DNA of 64,000 nucleotides from Auanema rhodensis. Its lineage: Eukaryota; Animalia; Nematoda. Positions within the stretch are counted from its first letter, which is position 1; the number at the start of each line of letters is the position of its first letter. A program made the position numbers and the translations under genes. Below, one piece after another: positions 25,701-39,594 of the stretch. Below the pieces are notes generated by a model, which ran no database searches, was not told the DNA's origin, and saw only the letters and a program-made list of their open reading frames with translations. Where the stretch lies: contig OZ059899.1 in assembly GCA_964057225.1 (NCBI GenBank), positions 19,654,001 through 19,718,000 of the forward strand, written 5' to 3'.

Positions 25701-27664
25701 AAAGACGATGGACAATGTTATTCAACGAAAAAATTAATTCTGCAGGGTGAAAATCGAGGATATAAGTGTGAACTTATATCAGTTGATATCTCGGTGCATT
25801 TTTAAGCTAGCGCAAATCTGATAACACAGATCGACGCAGCTTAAAAATCCGCATCGAATGCACTATACAACATTGAGAAACGCTTAATACAAAAGTTAGT
25901 TATGATCGTTTGAAAAATGATGCATTAGTGTATGTTGAGTTTCCATGTACACTCAACATTGCTTCCAAAAACATTTTGACAAAAATGTTTCCGAAAAATT
26001 TTGAAATAATTTCGCGAAAAGTAGATGTTTTTAGATTCCTTTTTTCAAGGCAAAGACGATGGACAATGTTATTCAACGAAAAAATTAATTCTGCAGGGTG
26101 AAAATCGAGGATATAAGTGTGAACTTATATCAGTTGATATCTCGGTGCATTTTAAAGCTAGCGCAAATCTGATAACACAGATCGACGCAGCTTAAAAATC
26201 CGCATCGAATGCATTATACTACATTGAGAAACGCTTAATACAAAAATTAGTTATGATCGTTTGAAAAATGATGCATTAGTGTATGTTGAGTTTCCATGTA
26301 CACTCAACATTGCTTCCAAAAACATTTTGACAAAAATTTTTCCGAAAAATTTCAAAATAATTTCGCGAAAAGTAGATGTTTTTAGATTCCTTTTTTCAAG
26401 GCAAAGACGATGGACAATGTTATTCAACGAAAAAATTAATTCTCCAGGGTGAAAATCGAGGATATAAGTGTGAACTTATATCAGTTGATATCTCGGTGCA
26501 TTTTAAAGCTAGCGCAAATCTGATAACACAGATCGACGCAGCTTAAAAATCCGCATCGAATGCATTATACTACATTGAGAAACGCTTAATACAAAAATTA
26601 GTTATGATCGTTTGAAAAATGATGCATTAGTGTATGTTGAGTTTCCATGTACACTCAACATTGCTTCCAAAAACATTTTGACAAAAATGTTTCCGAAAAA
26701 TTTTGAAATAATTTCGCGAAAAGTAGATGTTTTTAGATTCCTTTTTTCAAGGCAAAGACGATGGACAATGTTATTCAACGAAAAAATTAATTCTGCAGGG
26801 TGAAAATCGAGGATATAAGTGTGAACTTATATCAGTTGATATCTCGGTGCATTTTAAAGCTAGCGCAAATCTGATAACACAGATCGACGCAGCTTAAAAA
26901 TCCGCATCGAATGCATTATACTACATTGAGAAACGCTTAATACAAAAATTAGTTATGATCGTTTGAAAAATGATGCATTAGTGTATGTTGAGTTTCCATG
27001 TACACTCAACATTGCTTCCAAAAACATTTTGACAAAAATTTTTCCGAAAAATTTCAAAATAATTTCGCGAAAAGTAGATGTTTTTAGATTCCTTTTTTCA
27101 AGGCAAAGACGATGGACAATGTTATTCAACGAAAAAATTAATTCTCCAGGGTGAAAATCGAGGATATAAGTGTGAACTTATATCAGTTGATATCTCGGTG
27201 CATTTTAAAGCTAGCGCAAATCTGATAACACAGATCGACGCAGCTTAAAAATCCGCATCGAATGCATTATACTACATTGAGAAACGCTTAATACAAAAAT
27301 TAGTTATGATCGTTTGAAAAATGATGCATTAGTGTATGTTGAGTTTCCATGTACACTCAACATTGCTTCCAAAAACATTTTTACAAAAATTTTTCCGAAA
27401 AATTTCAAAATAATTTCGCAAAAAGTAGATGTTTTTAGATTCCTTTTTTCAAGGCAAAGACGATGGACAATGTTATTCAACGAAAAAATTAATTCTGCAG
27501 GGTGAAAATCGAGGATATAAGTGTGAACTTATATCAGTTGATATCTCGGTGCATTTTTAAGCTAGCGCAAATCTGATAACACAGATCGACGCAGCTTAAA
27601 AATCCGCATCGAATGCACTATACAACATTGAGAAACGCTTGATACAAAAATTAGTTATGATCGT

Positions 27665-28011
27665 TTGAAAAATGATGCATTAGTGTATGTTGAGTTTCCA
27701 TGTACACTCAACATTGCTTCCAAAAACATTTTGACATTTTTCCGAAAAATTTCAAAATAATTTCGCGAAAAGTAGATGTTTTTAGATTCCTTTTTTCAAG
27801 GCAAAGACGATGGACAATGTTATTCAACGAAAAAATTAATTCTCCAGGGTGAAAATCGAGGATATAAGTGTGAACTTATATCAGTTGATATCTCGGTGCA
27901 TTTTAAAGCTAGCGCAAATCTGATAACACAGATCGACGCAGCTTAAAAATCCGCATCGAATGCATTATACTACATTGAGAAACGCTTAATACAAAAATTA
28001 GTTATGATCGT
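27665..28011. repeat. Single 347-bp monomer with a 4-bp A-tract deletion
   Basis: TTGACATTTTTCCG at 27731-27744 instead of TTGACAAAAATTTTTCCG. The register shifts by -4 (27665 to 28012). Confidence 0.95.
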
Positions 28012-29415
28012 TTGAAAAATGATGCATTAGTGTATGTTGAGTTTCCATGTACACTCAACATTGCTTCCAAAAACATTTTTACAAAAATTTTTCCGAAAAA
28101 TTTCAAAATAATTTCGCAAAAAGTAGATGTTTTTAGATTCCTTTTTTCAAGGCAAAGACGATGGACAATGTTATTCAACGAAAAAATTAATTCTGCAGGG
28201 TGAAAATCGAGGATATAAGTGTGAACTTATATCAGTTGATATCTCGGTGCATTTTTAAGCTAGCGCAAATCTGATAACACAGATCGACGCAGCTTAAAAA
28301 TCCGCATCGAATGCACTATACAACATTGAGAAACGCTTGATACAAAAATTAGTTATGATCGTTTGAAAAATGATGCATTAGTGTATGTTGAGTTTCCATG
28401 TACACTCAACATTGCTTCCAAAAACATTTTTACAAAAATTTTTCCGAAAAATTTCAAAATAATTTCGCAAAAAGTAGATGTTTTTAGATTCCTTTTTTCA
28501 AGGAAAAGACGATGGACAATGTTATTCAACGAAAAAATTAATTCTCCAGGGTGAAAATCGAGGATATAAGTGTGAACTTATATCAGTTGATATCTCGGTG
28601 CATTTTAAAGCTAGCGCAAATCTGATAACACAGATCGACGCAGCTTAAAAATCCGCATCGAATGCACTATACAACATTGAGAAACGCTTGATACAAAAAT
28701 TAGTTATGATCGTTTGAAAAATGATGCATTAGTGTATGTTGAGTTTCCATGTACACTCAACATTGCTTCCAAAAACATTTTTACAAAAATTTTTCCGAAA
28801 AATTTCAAAATAATTTCGCAAAAAGTAGATGTTTTTAGATTCCTTTTTTCAAGGAAAAGACGATGGACAATGTTATTCAACGAAAAAATTAATTCTTCAG
28901 GGTGAAAATCGAGGATATAAGTGTGAACTTATATCAGTTGATATCTCGGTGCATTTTTAAGCTAGCGCAAATCTGATAACACAGATCGACGCAGCTTAAA
29001 AATCCGCATGGAATGCACTATATTACATTGAGAAACCCTCAATACAAAAATTAGTTATGATCGTTTGAAAAATGATGCATTAGTGTATGTTGAGTTTCCA
29101 TGTACACTCAACATTGCTTCCAAAAACATTTTTACAAAAATTTTTCCGAAAAATTTCGAGAAAATTTCGCGAAAAGTAGATGTTTTTAGATTCCTTTTTT
29201 CAAGGCAAAGACGATGGACAATGTTATTCAACGAAAAAATTAATTCTGCAGGGTGAAAATCGAGGATATAAGTGTGAACTTATATCAGTTGATATCTCGG
29301 TGCATTTTTAAGCTAGCGCAAATCTGATAACACAGATCGACGCAGCTTAAAAATCCGCATCGAATGCACTATACAACATTGAGAAACGCTTGATACAAAA
29401 ATTAGTTATGATCGT

Positions 29416-32223
29416 TTGAAAAATGATGCATTAGTGTATGTTGAGTTTCCATGTACACTCAACATTGCTTCCAAAAACATTTTTACAAAAATTTTTCCGA
29501 AAAATTTCAAAATAATTTCGCAAAAAGTAGATGTTTTTAGATTCCTTTTTTCAAGGAAAAGACGATGGACAATGTTATTCAACGAAAAAATTAATTCTCC
29601 AGGGTGAAAATCGAGGATATAAGTGTGAACTTATATCAGTTGATATCTCGGTGCATTTTAAAGCTAGCGCAAATCTGATAACACAGATCGACGCAGCTTA
29701 AAAATCCGCATCGAATGCATTATACTACATTGAGAAACGCTTAATACAAAAATTAGTTATGATCGTTTGAAAAATGATGCATTAGTGTATGTTGAGTTTC
29801 CATGTACACTCAACATTGCTTCCAAAAACATTTTTACAAAAATTTTTCCGAAAAATTTCAAAATAATTTCGCAAAAAGTAGATGTTTTTAGATTCCTTTT
29901 TTCAAGGCAAAGACGATGGACAATGTTATTCAACGAAAAAATTAATTCTGCAGGGTGAAAATCGAGGATATAAGTGTGAACTTATATCAGTTGATATCTC
30001 GGTGCATTTTTAAGCTAGCGCAAATCTGATAACACAGATCGACGCAGCTTAAAAATCCGCATCGAATGCACTATACAACATTGAGAAACGCTTGATACAA
30101 AAATTAGTTATGATCGTTTGAAAAATGATGCATTAGTGTATGTTGAGTTTCCATGTACACTCAACATTGCTTCCAAAAACATTTTTACAAAAATTTTTCC
30201 GAAAAATTTCAAAATAATTTCGCAAAAAGTAGATGTTTTTAGATTCCTTTTTTCAAGGAAAAGACGATGGACAATGTTATTCAACGAAAAAATTAATTCT
30301 TCAGGGTGAAAATCGAGGATATAAGTGTGAACTTATATCAGTTGATATCTCGGTGCATTTTTAAGCTAGCGCAAATCTGATAACACAGATCGACGCAGCT
30401 TAAAAATCCGCATCGAATGCACTATACAACATTGAGAAACGCTCAATACAAAAATTAGTCATGATCGTTTGAAAAATGATGCATTAGTGTATGTTGAGTT
30501 TCCATGTACACTCAACATTGCTTCCAAAAACATTTTTACAAAAATTTTTCCGAAAAATTTCGAGAAAATTTCGCGAAAAGTAGATGTTTTTAGATTCCTT
30601 TTTTCAAGGCAAAGACGATGGACAATGTTATTCAACGAAAAAATTAATTCTCCAGGGTGAAAATCGAGGATATAAGTGTGAACTTATATCAGTTGATATC
30701 TCGGTGCAATTTTAAGCTAGCGCAAATCTGATAATACAGATCGACGCAGCTTAAAAATCCGCATCGAATGCACTATACTGCATTGAGAAACGCTTAATAC
30801 AAAAGTTAGTTATGATCGTTTGAAAAATGATGCATTAGTGTATGTTGAGTTTCCATGTACACTCAACATTGCTTCCAAAAACATTTTTACAAAAATTTTT
30901 CCGAAAAATTTCAAAATAATTTCGCAAAAAGTAGATGTTTTTAGATTCCTTTTTTCAAGGCAAAGACGATGGACAATGTTATTCAACGAAAAAATTAATT
31001 CTGCAGGGTGAAAATCGAGGATATAAGTGTGAACTTATATCAGTTGATATCTCGGTGCATTTTTAAGCTAGCGCAAATCTGATAACACAGATCGACGCAG
31101 CTTAAAAATCCGCATCGAATGCACTATACAACATTGAGAAACGCTTGATACAAAAATTAGTTATGATCGTTTGAAAAATGATGCATTAGTGTATGTTGAG
31201 TTTCCATGTACACTCAACATTGCTTCCAAAAACATTTTTACAAAAATTTTTCCGAAAAATTTCAAAATAATTTCGCAAAAAGTAGATGTTTTTAGATTCC
31301 TTTTTTCAAGGAAAAGACGATGGACAATGTTATTCAACGAAAAAATTAATTCTCCAGGGTGAAAATCGAGGATATAAGTGTGAACTTATATCAGTTGATA
31401 TCTCGGTGCATTTTAAAGCTAGCGCAAATCTGATAACACAGATCGACGCAGCTTAAAAATCCGCATCGAATGCATTATACTACATTGAGAAACGCTTAAT
31501 ACAAAAATTAGTTATGATCGTTTGAAAAATGATGCATTAGTGTATGTTGAGTTTCCATGTACACTCAACATTGCTTCCAAAAACATTTTTACAAAAATTT
31601 TTCCGAAAAATTTCAAAATAATTTCGCAAAAAGTAGATGTTTTTAGATTCCTTTTTTCAAGGCAAAGACGATGGACAATGTTATTCAACGAAAAAATTAA
31701 TTCTGCAGGGTGAAAATCGAGGATATAAGTGTGAACTTATATCAGTTGATATCTCGGTGCATTTTTAAGCTAGCGCAAATCTGATAACACAGATCGACGC
31801 AGCTTAAAAATCCGCATCGAATGCACTATACAACATTGAGAAACGCTTGATACAAAAATTAGTTATGATCGTTTGAAAAATGATGCATTAGTGTATGTTG
31901 AGTTTCCATGTACACTCAACATTGCTTCCAAAAACATTTTTACAAAAATTTTTCCGAAAAATTTCAAAATAATTTCGCAAAAAGTAGATGTTTTTAGATT
32001 CCTTTTTTCAAGGAAAAGACGATGGACAATGTTATTCAACGAAAAAATTAATTCTTCAGGGTGAAAATCGAGGATATAAGTGTGAACTTATATCAGTTGA
32101 TATCTCGGTGCATTTTTAAGCTAGCGCAAATCTGATAACACAGATCGACGCAGCTTAAAAATCCGCATCGAATGCACTATACAACATTGAGAAACGCTCA
32201 ATACAAAAATTAGTCATGATCGT
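29416..32223. repeat. Block duplication with 1755-bp (5-monomer) offset
   Basis: The ordered trio AGGAAAAG+CTCCAG / AGGCAAAG+CTGCAG / AGGAAAAG+CTTCAG+TAGTCATG occurs at 29416-30468 and at 31171-32223. Confidence 0.8.
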
Positions 32224-35200
32224 TTGAAAAATGATGCATTAGTGTATGTTGAGTTTCCATGTACACTCAACATTGCTTCCAAAAACATTTTGACAAAAAT
32301 TTTTCCGAAAAATTTCAAAATAATTTCGCAAAAAGTAGATGTTTTTAGATTCCTTTTTTCAAGGCAAAGACGATGGACAATGTTATTCAACGAAAAAATT
32401 AATTCTGCAGGGTGAAAATCGAGGATATAAGTGTGAACTTATATCAGTTGATATCTCGGTGCATTTTTAAGCTAGCGCAAATCTGATAACACAGATCGAC
32501 GCAGCTTAAAAATCCGCATCGAATGCACTATACAACATTGAGAAACGCTCAATACAAAAATTAGTCATGATCGTTTGAAAAATGATGCATTAGTGTATGT
32601 TGAGTTTCCATGTACACTCAACATTGCTTCCAAAAACATTTTGACAAAAATTTTTCCGAAAAATTTCAAAATAATTTCGCAAAAAGTAGATGTTTTTAGA
32701 TTCCTTTTTTCAAGGCAAAGACGATGGACAATGTTATTCAACGAAAAAATTAATTCTGCAGGGTGAAAATCGAGGATATAAGTGTGAACTTATATCAGTT
32801 GATATCTCGGTGCATTTTTAAGCTAGCGCAAATCTGATAACACAGATCGACGCAGCTTAAAAATCCGCATCGAATGCACTATACAACATTGAGAAACGCT
32901 TAATACAAAAGTTAGTTATGATCGTTTGAAAAATGATGCATTAGTGTATGTTGAGTTTCCATGTACACTCAACATTGCTTCCAAAAACATTTTGACAAAA
33001 ATGTTTCCGAAAATTTTTGAAATAATTTCGCGAAAAGTAGATGTTTTTAGATTCCTTTTTTCAAGGCAAAGACGATGGACAATGTTATTCAACGAAAAAA
33101 TTAATTCTGCAGGGTGAAAATCGAGGATATAAGTGTGAACTTATATCAGTTGATATCTCGGTGCATTTTAAAGCTAGCGCAAATCTGATAACACAGATCG
33201 ACGCAGCTTAAAAATCCGCATCGAATGCATTATACTACATTGAGAAACGCTTAATACAAAAATTAGTTATGATCGTTTGAAAAATGATGCATTAGTGTAT
33301 GTTGAGTTTCCATGTACACTCAACATTGCTTCCAAAAACATTTTTACAAAAATTTTTCCGAAAAATTTCAAAATAATTTCGCAAAAAGTAGATGTTTTTA
33401 GATTCCTTTTTTCAAGGCAAAGACGATGGACAATGTTATTCAACGAAAAAATTAATTCTGCAGGGTGAAAATCGAGGATATAAGTGTGAACTTATATCAG
33501 TTGATATCTCGGTGCATTTTTAAGCTAGCGCAAATCTGATAACACAGATCGACGCAGCTTAAAAATCCGCATCGAATGCACTATACAACATTGAGAAACG
33601 CTTAATACAAAAGTTAGTTATGATCGTTTGAAAAATGATGCATTAGTGTATGTTGAGTTTCCATGTACACTCAACATTGCTTCCAAAAACATTTTGACAA
33701 AAATGTTTCCGAAAATTTTTGAAATAATTTCGCGAAAAGTAGATGTTTTTAGATTCCTTTTTTCAAGGCAAAGACGATGGACAATGTTATTCAACGAAAA
33801 AATTAATTCTGCAGGGTGAAAATCGAGGATATAAGTGTGAACTTATATCAGTTGATATCTCGGTGCATTTTAAAGCTAGCGCAAATCTGATAACACAGAT
33901 CGATGCAGCTTAAAAATCCGCATCGAATGCACTATACAACATTGAGAAACGCTTGATACAAAAATTAGTTATGATCGTTTGAAAAATGATGCATTAGTGT
34001 ATGTTGAGTTTCCATGTACACTCAACATTGCTTCCAAAAACATTTTTACAAAAATTTTTCCGAAAAATTTCAAAATAATTTCGCAAAAAGTAGATGTTTT
34101 TAGATTCCTTTTTTCAAGGCAAAGACGATGGACAATGTTATTCAACGAAAAAATTAATTCTGCAGGGTGAAAATCGAGGATATAAGTGTGAACTTATATC
34201 AGTTGATATCTCGGTGCATTTTTAAGCTAGCGCAAATCTGATAACACAGATCGACGCAGCTTAAAAATCCGCATCGAATGCACTATACAACATTGAGAAA
34301 CGCTTGATACAAAAATTAGTTATGATCGTTTGAAAAATGATGCATTAGTGTATGTTGAGTTTCCATGTACACTCAACATTGCTTCCAAAAACATTTTGAC
34401 AAAAATTTTTCCGAAAAATTTCAAAATAATTTTGCGAAAAGTAGATGTTTTTAGATTCCTTTTTTCAAGGCAAAGACGATGGACAATGTTATTCAACGAA
34501 AAAATTAATTCTGCAGGGTGAAAATCGAGGATATAAGTGTGAACTTATATCAGTTGATATCTCGGTGCATTTTAAAGCTAGCGCAAATCTGATAACACAG
34601 ATCGACGCAGCTTAAAAATCCGCATCGAATGCATTATACTACATTGAAAAACGCTTAATACAAAAATTAGTTATGATCGTTTGAAAAATGATGCATTAGT
34701 GTATGTTGAGTTTCCATGTACACTCAACATTGCTTCCAAAAACATTTTTACAAAAATTTTTCCGAAAAATTTCAAAATAATTTCGCAAAAAGTAGATGTT
34801 TTTAGATTCCTTTTTTCAAGGCAAAGACGATGGACAATGTTATTCAACGAAAAAATTAATTCTGCAGGGTGAAAATCGAGGATATAAGTGTGAACTTATA
34901 TCAGTTGATATCTCGGTGCATTTTTAAGCTAGCGCAAATCTGATAACACAGATCGACGCAGCTTAAAAATCCGCATCGAATGCACTATACAACATTGAGA
35001 AACGCTTGATACAAAAATTAGTTATGATCGCTTGAAAAATGATGCATTAGTGTATGTTGAGTTTCCATGTACACTCAACATTGCTTCCAAAAACATTTTG
35101 ACAAAAATGTTTCCAAAAAATTTTGAAATAATTTCGCGAAAAGTAGATGTTTTTAGATTCCTTTTTTCAAGGCAAAGACGATGGACAATGTTATTCAACG

Positions 35201-38200
35201 AAAAAATTAATTCTGCAGGGTGAAAATCGAGGATATAAGTGTGAACTTATATCAGTTGATATCTCGGTGCATTTTAAAGCTAGCGCAAATCTGATAACAC
35301 AGATCGACGCAGCTTAAAAATCCGCATCGAATGCATTATACTACATTGAGAAACGCTTAATACAAAAATTAGTTATGATCGCTTGAAAAATGATGCATTA
35401 GTGTATGTTGAGTTTCCATGTACACTCAACATTGCTTCCAAAAACATTTTGACAAAAATTTTTCCGAAAAATTTCAAAATAATTTCGCGAAAAGTAGATG
35501 TTTTTAGATTCCTTTTTTCAAGGCAAAGACGATGGACAATGTTATTCAACGAAAAAATTAATTCTCCAGGGTGAAAATCGAGGATATAAGTGTGAACTTA
35601 TATCAGTTGATATCTCGGTGCATTTTAAAGCTAGCGCAAATCTGATAACACAGATCGACGCAGCTTAAAAATCCGCATCGAATGCATTATACTACATTGA
35701 GAAACGCTTAATACAAAAATTAGTTATGATCGTTTGAAAAATGATGCATTAGTGTATGTTGAGTTTCCATGTACACTCAACATTGCTTCCAAAAACATTT
35801 TTACAAAAATTTTTCCGAAAAATTTCAAAATAATTTCGCAAAAAGTAGATGTTTTTAGATTCCTTTTTTCAAGGCAAAGACGATGGACAATGTTATTCAA
35901 CGAAAAAATTAATTCTCCAGGGTGAAAATCGAGGATATAAGTGTGAACTTATATCAGTTGATATCTCGGTGCATTTTAAAGCTAGCGCAAATCTGATAAC
36001 ACAGATCGACGCAGCTTAAAAATCCGCATCGAATGCATTATACTACATTGAGAAACGCTTAATACAAAAATTAGTTATGATCGTTTGAAAAATGATGCAT
36101 TAGTGTATGTTGAGTTTCCATGTACACTCAACATTGCTTCCAAAAACATTTTTACAAAAATTTTTCCGAAAAATTTCAAAATAATTTCGCAAAAAAAAGA
36201 TGTTTTTAGATTCCTTTTTTCAAGGCAAAGACGATGGACAATGTTATTCAACGAAAAAATTAATTCTCCAGGGTGAAAATCGAGGATATAAGTGTGAACT
36301 TATATCAGTTGATATCTCGGTGCATTTTAAAGCTAGCGCAAATCTGATAACACAGATCGACGCAGCTTAAAAATCCACATCGAATGCACTATACTACATT
36401 GAGAAACGCTTGATACAAAAATTAGTTATGATCGTTTGAAAAATGATGCATTAGTGTATGTTGAGTTTCCATGTACACTCAACATAGCTTCCAAAAACAT
36501 TTTGACAAAAATTTTTCCGAAAAATTTCAAAATAATTTCGCAAAAAAAAGATGTTTTTAGATTCCTTTTTTCAAGGCAAAGACGATGGACAATGTTATTC
36601 AACGAAAAAATTAATTCTCCAGGGTGAAAATCGAGGATATAAGTGTGAACTTATATCAGTTGATATCTCGGTGCATTTTAAAGCTAGCGCAAATCTGATA
36701 ACACAGATCGACGCAGCTTAAAAATCCGCATCGAATGCATTATACTACATTGAGAAACGCTTAATACAAAAATTAGTTATGATCGTTTGAAAAATGATGC
36801 ATTAGTGTATGTTGAGTTTCCATGTACACTCAACATTGCTTCCAAAAACATTTTTACAAAAATTTTTCCGAAAAATTTCAAAATAATTTCGCAAAAAGTA
36901 GATGTTTTTAGATTCCTTTTTTCAAGGCAAAGACGATGGACAATGTTATTCAACGAAAAAATTAATTCTCCAGGGTGAAAATCGAGGATATAAGTGTGAA
37001 CTTATATCAGTTGATATCTCGGTGCATTTTAAAGCTAGCGCAAATCTGATAACACAGATCGACGCAGCTTAAAAATCCGCATCGAATGCATTATACTACA
37101 TTGAGAAACGCTTAATACAAAAATTAGTTATGATCGTTTGAAAAATGATGCATTAGTGTATGTTGAGTTTCCATGTACACTCAACATTGCTTCCAAAAAC
37201 ATTTTTACAAAAATTTTTCCGAAAAATTTCAAAATAATTTCGCAAAAAAAAGATGTTTTTAGATTCCTTTTTTCAAGGCAAAGACGATGGACAATGTTAT
37301 TCAACGAAAAAATTAATTCTCCAGGGTGAAAATCGAGGATATAAGTGTGAACTTATATCAGTTGATATCTCGGTGCATTTTAAAGCTAGCGCAAATCTGA
37401 TAACACAGATCGACGCAGCTTAAAAATCCACATCGAATGCACTATACTACATTGAGAAACGCTTGATACAAAAATTAGTTATGATCGTTTGAAAAATGAT
37501 GCATTAGTGTATGTTGAGTTTCCATGTACACTCAACATAGCTTCCAAAAACATTTTGACAAAAATTTTTCCGAAAAATTTCAAAATAATTTCGCGAAAAG
37601 TAGATGTTTTTAGATTCCTTTTTTCAAGGCAAAGACGATGGACAATGTTATTCAACGAAAAAATTATTTCTGCAGGGTGAAAATCGAGGATATAAGTGTG
37701 AACTTATATCAGTTGATATCTCGGTGCATTTTTAAGCTGGCGCAAATCTGATAACACAGATCGACGCAGCTTAAAAATCCGCATCGAATGCACTATACAT
37801 CATTGAGAAACGTTTAATACAAAAATTAGTTATGATCGTTTGAAAAATGATGCATTAGTGTATGTTGAGTTTCCATGTACACTCAACATTGCTTCCAAAA
37901 AGATTTTGACAAAAATTTTTCCGAAAAATTTTAAAATAATTTCGCAAAAAGTAGGTGTTTTTAGATTCCTTTTTTCAAGGCAAAGACGATGGACAATGTT
38001 ATTCAACGAAAAAATTAATTCTGCAGGGTGAAAATCGAGGATATAAGTGTGAACTTATATCAGTTGATATCTCGGTGCATTTTTAAGCTGGCGCAAATCT
38101 GATAACACAGATCGACGCAGCTTAAAAATCCGCATCGAATGCACTATACATCATTGAGAAACGTTTAATACAAAAATTAGTTATGATCGTTTGAAAAATG

Positions 38201-39594
38201 ATGCATTAGTGTATATTGAGTTTCCATGTACACTCAACATAGCTTCCAAAAACATTTTGACAAAAATTTTTCCGAAAAATTTCGAAATAAATTCGCAAAA
38301 ATTAGATGTTTTTAGATTCCTTTTTTCAAGGCAAAGACGATGGACAATGTTATTCAACGAAAAAATTAATTCTGCAGGGTGAAAATCGAGGATATAAGTG
38401 TGAACTTATATCAGTTGATATCTCGGTGCATTTTTAAGCTAGCGCAAATCTGATAACACAGATCGACGCAGCTTAAAAATCCGCATCGAATGCACTATAC
38501 TGCATTGAGAAACGCTTAATACAAAAGTTAGTTATGATCGTTTGAAAAATGATGCATTAGTGTATGTTGAGTTTCCATGTACACTCAACATTGCTTCCAA
38601 AAAGATTTTGACAAAAATTTTTCCGAAAAATTTTAAAATAATTTCGCAAAAAGTAGGTGTTTTTAGATTCCTTTTTTCAAGGCAAAGACGATTGACAATG
38701 TTATTCAACGAAAAAATTAATTCTGCAGGGTGAAAATCGAGGATATAAGTGTGAACTTATATCAGTTGATATCTCGGTGCATTTTTAAGCTAGCGCAAAT
38801 CTGATAACACAGATCGACGCAGCTTAAAAATCCGCATCGAATGCATTATACTACATTGAGAAACGCTTAATACAAAAATTAGTTATGATCGTTTGAAAAA
38901 TGATGCATTAGTGTATATTGAGTTTCCATGTACACTCAACATAGCTTCCAAAAACATTTTGACAAAAATTTTTCCGAAAAATTTCGAAATAAATTCGCAA
39001 AAATTAGATGTTTTTAGATTCCTTTTTTCAAGGCAAAGACGATGGACAATGTTATTCAACGAAAAAATTAATTCTGCAGGGTGAAAATCGAGGATATAAG
39101 TGTGAACTTATATCAGTTGATATCTCGGTGCATTTTTAAGCTAGCGCAAATCTGATAACACAGATCGACGCAGCTTAAAAATCCGCATCGAATGCACTAT
39201 ACTGCATTGAGAAACGCTTAATACAAAAGTTAGTTATGATCGTTTGAAAAATGATGCATTAGTGTATGTTGAGTTTCCATGTACACTCAACATTGCTTCC
39301 AAAAAGATTTTGACAAAAATTTTTCCGAAAAATTTTAAAATAATTTCGCAAAAAGTAGGTGTTTTTAGATTCCTTTTTTCAAGGCAAAGACGATGGACAA
39401 TGTTATTCAACGAAAAAATTAATTCTGCAGGGTGAAAATCGAGGATATAAGTGTGAACTTATATCAGTTGATATCTCGGTGCATTTTTAAGCTAGCGCAA
39501 ATCTGATAACACAGATCGACGCAGCTTAAAAATCCGCATCGAATGCATTATACTACATTGAGAAACGCTTAATACAAAAATTAGTTATGATCGT

